Positions 54,127 to 63,941 of a DNA stretch of 63,941 nt are shown in pieces. This stretch comes from Neoconidiobolus thromboides FSU 785 (taxonomy: Eukaryota; Fungi; Entomophthoromycota): NCBI GenBank assembly GCA_025603075.1, contig MU626378.1, positions 1 through 63,941 of the forward strand, read 5' to 3'. The notes beneath the pieces are model-generated. The model searched no databases. It was given only the letters and a program-made list of their open reading frames with translations, and was not told where the DNA came from. Position numbers and translations under genes: made by a program. The stretch's first letter is position 1, and every line of letters starts with the position of its first letter.

Positions 54127-55100
54127 ATGAATCTTAATAAAAATCAAACTGTATTAGATATAGCTAAAAATATAACCAATAGTGATTTTTTAGCCCCTTA
54201 TTATAATGCTCATGATACAACTCAATCTAATGAAACACGAACTAAATGTAGTACATGTAATTTATCTGTTAAATATTATTGTTATCAATGTTATAAAAAT
54301 ATTGGAGAATATCAACATTTAGTACCCAAATTAAGATTACCATTACCACTTACTATGTAAGTTTTTTTTTTTTTTTGTATAAATCTTTTTAATAATTTTT
54401 AATTTTTAATTTATTTTAATAATAATAAAATTATTAAGTTTATTCTTTTAGTATCAAACATCCAAAAGAATTAAATAGTAAATCTACTGGTATTCATGCT
54501 AAAATATTAGCAACTGAAGATACTGAAGTGATTAATTTTCCAGTAGATGAAAATCAATTTGATAATCCAGAAGAATGTTTATTATTATTTCCAAGTGCGG
54601 TAACTGATTATTTATTTACTTTTGATATTATTTAAATTTTAATTAATAATTAATATTTTAAATAGACAGCTACTTCAATTAAAGATTTAAAAATGGAAGA
54701 TAATGAAATGGAAATACCATATAAACGAATAGTTGTAATAGAAGGTACATGGACTCAAGCAAAAAAAATCATTAAATCTAGTCCTAGTTTAACAAAAATG
54801 AAAGCAATTAAGTTAGATAATAATTATTCTACTATATTTTGGCGTTATCAACAATATGATAGTAGTTATTTAGCTACAATTGAAGCTATTTATTTAATTT
54901 ATTTTGAATTAATTAAGAAATATAAGATCCAAGGGAATGTAGATAATTTATTATTTTATTATCAGTTTTTTTATAATTTAATTCAAAATTATTATAATGA
55001 GCCTTTAGTAAAAGAGAAAGTTAAATATTGTCATCGTCATGTGAAAAATTATATTAAAGATAAAAAATTAGAGGAAAATAGTAAAGAAGAAGAAGAATAA
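54127..55100 (+). CDS. DTW-domain protein (DTWD1-like tRNA-uridine aminocarboxypropyltransferase), 2 introns
   Basis: RTKCSTC...YYCYQC; KHPKELNSKSTGIHAK; VVIEGTW; FWRYQ...YLATIEAIY; NLLFYY. Confidence 0.85.
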
Positions 55101-55506
55101 TAATGATAATTTTATTAACATAATAATATTTTGGATAAAATTTTATTTTTTTTTAAAATAAATGTACATTTGGAATCAAACTACTTTATTTATATTAAAT
55201 TTAATTAGATTTTTATTATTATACTTGTTTATTTTATGCAGGTTCATTTCATTGTTAGCGTTTTACATTTTATATTCTATTTTATTTATTGAAATTGAAA
55301 ATTAATTACTATTTTTAATAAACTGAATTACTTCATTTAGTAAAATTTAAACAATCTCCCTCCCTTTTATTTTTTTATTTATATATTGTTGGAATTAATA
55401 TACTTTAATAGTCATTGTACTTTAATACTAATAATAAAAAGTATAAAATTGAGTATTTAAGAATGAATGAATTTTTTTTAATATTTTTTATTTTTGTTAA
55501 TATAAG

Positions 55507-56246
55507 ATGCTTAATAATAATAAAATAATAGGTTCTATTTCTGTATCTATAGGTATATTAACTTGTAATAAAATAGCAAAACATATTAATAATATTAATA
55601 TTTTAGTTTATACTAAAGATTTATTAACTGAGTCCAGTTTATTTGGTAAATTTTATTATTGATTTTAAATCAAAGTAACTTAATTTATATTAAGGTCAAG
55701 GTTATGTTTATACAGTATTAGATATTGAAAATCAAAAATTGAAAAGTAAAATTAAAAAAAATCAAGCCATGATATTAAATTGGGATACTAAATTTCAAAT
55801 GTAACTTTTAATATTTTATAAATTAATCTAGTTTTAATATTTTTATTAGTCCCATTTATACACTTGATACAATTATGAAATTTAAAGTATATGAATATAA
55901 ATTATTAGCATGTGATAAATTAATTGGAAGTACTGAAAGTATACCAATTTCTTTAATTCAATTAATGACTCAATTTGAACAATTGTATGAGTTATCTACT
56001 GAAACTGGGTTTAAAGGTTGTGGTAATATTTTATTAAAATTTCATTTTAATTTATCAAGAAATAAATCTAATTCATTTACCTTTGGTGAAAGAAAAGTAA
56101 ATTTAATAAATAAAATGAAATCAAGTTTATTCATGAAACATATTGATGAATCGGAATACCTTTTAAGTGAAAAACAAACCAATTTTTATTTAAGTAATAA
56201 TAATCAAAAAACAAAAAGTTTGCTTCATCTTCCTTATCTATCTTGA
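55507..56246 (+). CDS. C2-domain protein 3 (degenerate Ca ligands)
   Basis: Same three introns: GSISVSIG|..SSLFG|QGYVY...LNWDTKFQI|...KFKVYEYKLLACDKLIG. Confidence 0.7.
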
Positions 56247-56371
56247 TCCCATTTCTTTATTACTTCCTTTTATTAAACTTGATTTTATTCTATTTTATAA
56301 CATATATATATATATATATATATAATTCTATTTTTAATTTTTTAATTTTTAATTAAAAATAATAATAACAT

Positions 56372-56466
56372 GAGGGTGTTTTTTTAATTTCATCACTTTT
56401 TCTATTTTTTAAATACTATTTAAATAGAACGATTATTAGTAAAATTCTTGAAAAGAATACATTCTT
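56372..56466 (+). mobile_element. MITE copy (diverged)
   Basis: ACAT|GAGGGTG...ACATTCTT|ATAT. Confidence 0.75.
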
Positions 56467-56506
56467 ATATTTTATATTTTATTTTTATTACAAAAATAGT
56501 AATTAC

Positions 56507-59500
56507 TTATTCAATACTACTTGAAATAACATCAATAAAAATAGAGTTATTTAAACCTTGAAACATTTTAAATATATCTCGAATTTCTTGATCAACGGAG
56601 GGTGTAAATATAATTGTTTCAATAGTTACATTAAATTCTTTAATGTCAGAACGACACTATAAAAATAGTTATTAATTAATTTCATTATTTCTTATTAAAT
56701 AATTGATTTTAAAAACCTTACTTTACGTCCAAATTCTTTAAATCTTCCAACAATTAAATTATAAAGTTCATTTTCTTCAGGTACTTGTCCATCTCCAGAT
56801 AATTTACTTCTAAGATTAGTTAAAACAGTAACAAAACTCTAATTTATTTGTTAATTATATTAATATAATATTAATATTAATATTAATTACTTGTAAAATT
56901 TCAAATAAAACCATTTTATAATCATTTTGAGCATTATTATATTGAGCCAATAATGTTTCAGATGATTCATTATCTATTATTAATATTATTATAAGTTATA
57001 AATTATGATTTAAATTTATTACCATCATTCGAAGTATTATTTATACTTTGATCATATTTTTCTTTTTGTTGATCTCTCCAAAGTCGAACTGTATTGAGAG
57101 TAGTATATAATATTTCCCATAAATAACATCTATTATAAAATTATATATATATATATATATATTAAATTAATTTATAAATTACCTATTATAATTATCATAA
57201 TTTTCAATTTCAAAGATCCACTTAATGACAGTAATATGTTCAATAATATGATAAGATAAGAGTCGATTTAATTGAATAGAAAGCCACTAAATAAATAAAT
57301 AAATTAACTATTAAATTCTATTTAAATAATGGTATAATTACTTGTGGGTTTTCTTTCCAAAAGTTACCAACAATTGATACAGTTTGTTGTTTATCAGATT
57401 CTTCTCTTGCAATCTCTTGATATAATTTAAGATTTCTATGAAAATAAATTTTTTTTAATCAATCATTTCAAATTAAATTAAACTAAATTAAATTACCTTT
57501 CAGTTACATTCATCATATGGGTAAAACTTTTACTTCCCATAATAAGAATGGTTTCAACAACAATTTGTTTAATTAAAGTTTCATCAAGTAATTGATCTCT
57601 AGCATCATTAATTAAAGCATTAAAGAAATCAATTGATTTTTTAGTTCTAAAAGCTTCTACAATTAATGTACAAAATCTTTTATGTGGAGCATCTATAAAT
57701 ATTATATTTATCTACTTAATTCATTAGATTATAATTACCATCTGGAACTTTTCTAAAACTAAAATTAGGTTCAGGCGCCTTTTGTGGAATAAGTTCATGT
57801 AAGGATTCAGGTAAAGTTGCTTTAATACGATCATAATAAGAAAGTCTAATTAAAAAAACTAAATTATAAAGCAAAAGCTATAGTATAAATAAATACCTGA
57901 TAATCTTAGCTAAAGATTCAGAAATTAACATTCTTTTATAATCAAAAGGATTTAATTCATTAATGTTTGAGCTAAATAAATTATAAATTAATATTATATA
58001 TTATATATTAAATTAAAAATATTACAATTCTTCCCATTCAAAATTATACTCAAAGTTACTTAAATAATGTGAAAACCAATTATAAAATCGATCAATACAT
58101 TCAATATCCATATCATTAGCTTTATCAATCAAATTCTTTAATCCAATATTAAATGCTGCTTTAAAATCAACTTGCTCTGCTTTAAATGTTTCAATTATTA
58201 ATGCTGAATAATAAATAAATTTATGTTTTGGCGCAGGTAAAGTAAATATTTTTTTAAAGTAAACCTAAAAATAATATAAAATATTAATAATAATAAAATA
58301 TAAATAATATCATAATTTACTTCAATTATCAAATTCATTAAATTAATTTGACCATTAAATCTATTATCTTGATCATCTCCATTATCTTCATCTTTAAGTT
58401 CATCTTTAATTTTAGTTTTATCACTTGTTAAAGGTGCAAAAGTAGTGCTTGTAAAATTTTCTCTAAAATTAACTAATAAACGAACACATTCTCTACGGTT
58501 AGTATGAAAGATATCAATAGAGTCACTCATAGTATCCGTAATAATATAATAACCTATTTCAGAAATCTAAAAGTTAAATTGTTAATAAATTATATTAACT
58601 TATATTATAGTATTATTACCCAATCTTCGTGTTCTGGGAATAAAGTAAATACATAATTAGGATAATCATAACTGAACTTATTGAACTCAGTTGGAAGTGA
58701 TAATTCAGCAATAGTAATCTATATATAAATTAATATTAACATTAAACAGTAATGATTATTATTATTATAAATTACAGGTAGAACTTGAGATTCGACAGTT
58801 GATTTAAATCGAAGTAATTCCTCAACCTAATTGAATTAAATATTAATAATTATTATATTTACTATTAAATATTAAATATTAAATGATTATTACTTTCCAA
58901 TTACGTTGTTTAAGATTATTAATTTGTTTCCATAAAAGTTCTAAAAACTATTTCTTATTAATTATAAACTTAATTTTATATATATTATTACTTCATGTTG
59001 GTCTGGATTACTATCTTGAAATACTTTTAAAATATTACTACTTGGATCCTCTTGTTGAGATCTAGTAAGCATATAAATTTCAACTTTATCCATAATTTTT
59101 GTTAATTCTTCAGGTTTAGTATTGTAAAGTGTTTCTCCAACCTAAAAATTATGTTATTTTATAATTCAACTATTTTTATAAATAAATACCCAAGGTAATG
59201 AACCTAAAATTAAATTAACCATACAATCACCAATATTCTATAAAATTATATTAATACTAATTTATATCTATTTACTATTATTCTTACTTTTTCTATTTTA
59301 TTTTCAATTTTAGCACTGAGTAAATCATAAATATTTAAAAAAGAATCAGGAGTAACAGCTTCTCCGTTTACTAATTCACCAAAAAAACGTAACTTAAATA
59401 TTATTAATATTACATAATTTCATAAATAAAATTAAGTACCAAGATTTTAACATTAACCCAATCTCCAATATTCAATCTATTTTGAAGTTCATTTCTAAAA

Positions 59501-60079
59501 TGCTCAATAATTGCTTTGCCAACTTCTTCATTACGTTTTAAAGTAAATCCAATTAAACAACCATAAATACTAGTTTTTGAAGGAAGTTCAAGTATACTAA
59601 TAATAATTAATAATCGAATACTTGAATAAAAAAACACGTACCAAGTTTGTAAAAAGTTAAGTATTGCATCTGAATAACTTTCATAATCTTTGACTAAAAC
59701 CTTGGAAAGAATTTCTAAATTCTTTTGAAAAGTTGAACTTGCCTAATAATAGGAATAATTTTAATAAATTAGCATTCTATTCTATTCTATAACTTACTTT
59801 GTCTCCAATTTTAAGAATCAACATAGATAATCTTGCTTTAAGACTTTGTTCTTCAGTTAAAATTGGCTCCTCTTTTACTTTTGAACGATCATTATCGTAT
59901 CTACCCCTTTTATTATCTATTAAAAAGTAAATCAAAGGATCAGAAAAAAATAGAAATCAAATACCATTATTTCTGTTTCCGTTATAACGATTGTTTCTAC
60001 GATGTCCTCTTTCTTTTTAATTTCAATTAAACTTATTTCTTATTTCTTATTTCTTATTATTAGTACCTTGATAACTCAT
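56507..60079 (-). CDS. STO1: Nuclear cap-binding complex large subunit (CBP80/NCBP1), roughly 20 short introns
   Basis: R/N-rich N-terminus MSYQERGHRRNNRY; LELPSKTSIYGCLIG; PAPKHKFIYYSALIIE; CIDRFYNWFSHYLSNFEY; RLSYYDRIKATLP. Confidence 0.88.
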
Positions 60080-60576
60080 TTTTATTAACTTTTAAAAAGT
60101 AAAAGATTTTTTTGCAGTAAATTTGAAATTTATACTTTTTTTGCGAAATAAATTTTACTTTAAAAATGATTATATCATTAAAAATTGAAGTTTGTAAAGT
60201 CATATAATATAATATTATTAAATTAAATAAAATTATTTTATTTATTTGTTTATCAGGGCTTATAAAAATATTTTTCAATATTATTGATTAATTGTATATT
60301 ATAAAATAGTATGTTTATTTAAACTATTACTATCATTATTTGAATAAATTTATTTACGTAATAAAAGAGAAAATTTGTAGTATAAAACCAATGTATTGTT
60401 TATAGATAAATAATATTTATAACTTGTACAAGAATTAGGTCACTTAAAATACAGCAAGAAATATTAGGATTTTAAAAAGCTCCATATACATAGGAACTCA
60501 TGAATAAGAACATGATAAATCACATATAAAGACAACATGTCGAGCTAGGTATAATAGCTATTTAAAGACAGTATAT

Positions 60577-60675
60577 GGGAGTGTTTTTTTTTGACTTCAT
60601 TACTTTTTCCATCTTTTGAGCACTATTTGAGTGGAAAAATTGTTAGTAAAATTCTTAAATACAAAAATCATCTCC
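60577..60675 (+). mobile_element. MITE copy
   Basis: ATAT|GGGAGTG...CATCTCC|ATAT. Confidence 0.9.
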
Positions 60676-61402
60676 ATATGGATAAATTTATTTTTGAAAA
60701 AAATAATATTGGCTTTTATTATTATAAAATAACTCAATATTAGTTTGTATACTGTTATAACTAGTGAATAAAAATAGTTCAATATTAATTAACAAAAGTT
60801 AGGATCTGAACTTTTATAATAATTGTTGATAAAATTATAACAATTCATAATGAAATACTAAGATATTTGAGCAAAAATATAGATGTCTAAAAATTAACAG
60901 TATTATTTAAAAATGTATATCTTATTATTGTTCTAATGAATTACGCTTTTTAATACCTTAATATGATTAAACTTCAATATCATTTAAAATTATTAATATT
61001 TATAAACAAAAAAACTAATCACAAACTATAAAATCATTATCAAACAATAATAGTGGCTCAAAAAAGTCATATTTATTAAATTACGGATATCGAAATATAA
61101 TAGGATTAGTATTTACATTTTTAAAGTACATTTTATACTATGTTTTTTAAACATTGATAATTACTATTTTGATTAAAATCGCATAAAATAAATTATCCAA
61201 CTATTATATCAATCCACTATAAGCACATATATTAGAAAAAATTGTACACATAATAAAATGTTATATTTGATTAAATAAAACTAAATCAGTATCAAAATCC
61301 TCTTTAATATATAATGACTATATATATATATATGTTATATTAAAATTTAGTTGCTTTCGAAATTGTCAATAAAGTTAGAAAACTATTTTTTGGTTGATAA
61401 CC

Positions 61403-62266
61403 TTATTGTGGAGGGTAACCTCCCTGTGGTGGATAACCTCCTTGTTGTGGTGGATAGCCCTGCTGTGGAGGATAACCTTGTTGTGGAGGATAACCTTGTT
61501 GTGGAGGATAACCTTGTTGTGGGGGATAACCACCTTGCTGTGGAGGATAACCTTGTTGTGGAGGGTAACCACCCTGCTGTGGAGGATAACCACTCTGCTG
61601 TGGAGGGTAACCTTGCTGTGGAGGATAACCACCTTGCTGTGGAGGCTGATTTTGTTGTGGTGGAGCATAATTTTGTTGAGGAGGATAGGCTTGCTGAGGG
61701 TGATTAGTATATGATGCCTGACTTCCTTGTGGTTTAGTCTGATTTGGTCCTCGGAATTGGATGATCAAATGAACTTCACCACTAAATTTAGCTTTATCGG
61801 TTAATGGGTACCAACCCTCTATCCTTCCGAATTGTCTGACTGCTCTTAGTGGGATTTTTACCTTGCCTATAAGGTCATTGGTAGAAATTTTATCATAATC
61901 TAGACACTCAACTTTAATTTCGGATACATTATCGTCTATTGTACTTTTTATACAATAAGCTATTTATATTATTAAGTTAGGAGCAAATCTTACTAATTAA
62001 AGGTTTGATTCCATGTAGCCTTTTTTCCAGCATTTTTTATTACAGAAGTTTTTTCTTTTCTACCACCAACATGAATATCGCAATAGGCATCATTTTTTCC
62101 TATTTATAAAGTTTAGTTTAATTACTCAAATTTCAACTTTGATTTACCGAAAAATCCATCCTTGTTTTTTAGTTCTCTTGCTTCAACTAACAATCGTTTA
62201 ATAATATATTGATATAATTTTACTGTGTACTTTACCTACTAATATACTTAATTCTCCTACTCCCAT
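61403..62266 (-). CDS. C2-domain protein 4 with a (G)GYPPQQ repeat tail
   Basis: [10 protein letters not shown]|[14 protein letters not shown]|KNDAY...[14 protein letters not shown]|...[14 protein letters not shown]...WYPL, then more than 10 PPQQGY units. Confidence 0.88.
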
Positions 62267-62346
62267 TATTTTTTAAAATTTTTAAAAAAATATTGATAAA
62301 TTTTACATCACTATATAGTGCTAGTTTGGCTTTGAGTTATTGATTC

Positions 62347-62355
62347 AGCCAATCA
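62347..62355 (+). promoter_or_regulatory. Putative CCAAT box in the 191-bp bidirectional interval between C2 genes 4 and 5
   Basis: AGCCAATCA centred between the two ATGs. Confidence 0.35.
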
Positions 62356-62457
62356 CACTATGATTTAATTATTCCACCGCGCAAACCTTGGTAAATATGA
62401 GTTCTGATGACATAATAGTATTTAAGTTGGTAAGATTTTGAAAAAATTAAAGTTAAA

Positions 62458-62979
62458 ATGCAAGGCACATTAACAGTAACTGTAGGTAAGCCGTTATTGT
62501 CCAATATATAGAGAAGATTATAACTTTAATTATTAGTTGAAGCACGTAAGCTAAAAAATAAAGACGGGTTGTTTGGTAAATTTCATTTATTTGTCTTATT
62601 CTAATAAGTTAACTGTAATAAAGGAAAGAATGATGCTTATGTTAATCTTGAAGTAGCTAAGAAAAAAGAAAAAACTAATGTAATAAAAAATGCAGGCTCA
62701 AAAGCATTTTGGGATCAAACATTTACTTTGTAATTTACTCATAAAATTTAACTTACTATAATAATGACTCTATATAGCCCAGTTCCAGATGATAAAGCCT
62801 TTCTTCATATAGAAGTAATGGACTATGATAAAATAAGTTTTAATGACTTAATAGGTATGGTAAATGTTCCATTAACTAGTATTAAACAATTTGGTATGAT
62901 TGAATGTTGGTACCCACTTATTAACAATGGCGATTATTCTGGAGAAATCAATCTTTTCATTCGTTTCTCGCGTTCTTAA
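62458..62979 (+). CDS. C2-domain protein 5 (stand-alone C2)
   Basis: MQGTLTVTV|VEARKLKNKDGLFG|KNDAYV...NAGSKAFWDQTF|...VMDYDKISFNDLIG...WYPL...FSRS*. Confidence 0.88.
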
Positions 62980-63499
62980 TTCTCAATGCCAATTGATTCA
63001 CATTAAATCTATTCTAATTTATTTTAGAATTTATATTTTAGAATTTTGAAAAGTTAGACATTGTTAATCATATATGATATTAGGCGTAAATTAGATAAAT
63101 ATAAGACAAGTATATAATTATTAGATAAGTAATGTACTTATTTTCTTTGATTTGCCCAATAAAACTTACTCTAATTATATCAAATGAGTCCAAAATACTA
63201 CTATTTAATAGAACTGACTTAAATAGTTCAAAGATAAACTTAAATATCATTAGTTTGACCTATCTAAATAGCTTTTTTTGAATAATATTAAAGATATAAG
63301 GTTTTAAAAGTTATTCTTGATATGTATGAATTAATCAATACTTACATAATAATATCAATTCTTTTAAATGTGTTAATAATGTAAGCAACTAAAAGCTTTT
63401 TAGTTGAATTATCTGTTAGATTTTTTTAGAAACAAAGTTGAATGATAGTAAAATAATTAAAGGTAAAATGAAAAATAGTTTTCATAGTATCAGTTAAGT

Positions 63500-63941
63500 T
63501 TAGTGGAAAGCTTTGGATTCTAAAAGCATATCATTCTGTGGTTCTAATCCAATACAGGCACGAAGAATGTTTTCCATTGCATTACGTTGTTTAGAGAGAG
63601 CATTAACAACAGCGGTACCAGGAGGAACCATAGGAGCCTTAAGCATATAAGATAAGATAGAAAGAACTGAATGGAAAGGAGCAAATTCAGTGATTTCATC
63701 AGTCTTAAATTGGATACGAGTCATAAGTTCAGTAATCACAACAAGATCAATAATAAGTGGAGAAGCAAGTAAAGAATCTTCACAAGTATTATATAAAGAA
63801 ATAGTGTTCTTACCACCCATAAAAATTTCACTAACATATTCATCTAAAGCACGTTTAGAATCACCTACATTAGGTACATACTTAATAACTACTACATGAT
63901 CTGGATGTTCATTTTTCTTATAAAGAATTCTATTGGCAGCT
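63500..63941 (-). CDS. INO1: Myo-inositol-1-phosphate synthase, 3' part (partial, enters from outside the window)
   Basis: [32 protein letters not shown]...[16 protein letters not shown]...[21 protein letters not shown]. Confidence 0.95.
   Translation of the reverse strand, partial: AANRILYKKNEHPDHVVVIKYVPNVGDSKRALDEYVSEIFMGGKNTISLYNTCEDSLLASPLIIDLVVITELMTRIQFKTDEITEFAPFHSVLSILSYMLKAPMVPPGTAVVNALSKQRNAMENILRACIGLEPQNDMLLESKAFH

Noticed and set aside
61351-61714. Overlapping repetitive ORFs (VEDNL, LLWRIT and HNKVIL repeats)
   Set aside because: They are alternative-frame and antisense shadows of the PPQQGY repeat in C2-4.

Overview
Very AT-rich eukaryotic DNA with short (~45-65 nt) GT-AG introns. 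It looks like an early-diverging fungus, plausibly Conidiobolus-like Zoopagomycota, but that is an inference from gene content and composition only. About 27 protein-coding loci can be reconstructed by hand; many ORF-track entries are only exon fragments. Housekeeping genes: INO1 fragments at both window ends, RPF1, a peroxisomal acyl-CoA dehydrogenase, alanine aminotransferase, GET4, a TMA17-like gene, OPI10/Hikeshi, a DUF866/CZIB gene, MET1, a DSS1-like RNase II, a DTW protein and CBP80/STO1. Accessory genes: a secreted class-3 lipase, a sphingomyelin/IPC-synthase-family gene, two tandem DUF4436-like membrane proteins, two divergent DHA2-type MFS pumps, a Zn2Cys6-PAS factor, a CsbD-like protein, a multi-fasciclin protein, a PH protein and five paralogous C2-domain genes. 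Highlights: (1) the DUF4436-like pair carries sequence hallmarks of pentameric ligand-gated (Pro-loop) channels; (2) about 14 copies of a ~100-bp MITE with GRG...CYC-type ends and 4-bp AWWT target duplications (Sola-like), one of which interrupts a reconstructable ORF; (3) five C2 genes share three intron positions, four of them in two head-to-head pairs, with Ca-ligand loss in two and very different tails; (4) the window starts in the 5' part of INO1 and ends in the 3' part of INO1 in the same orientation. I recognised no rRNA, tRNA, CRISPR array or transposase. All calls are from motif recognition by eye; no database search was run.
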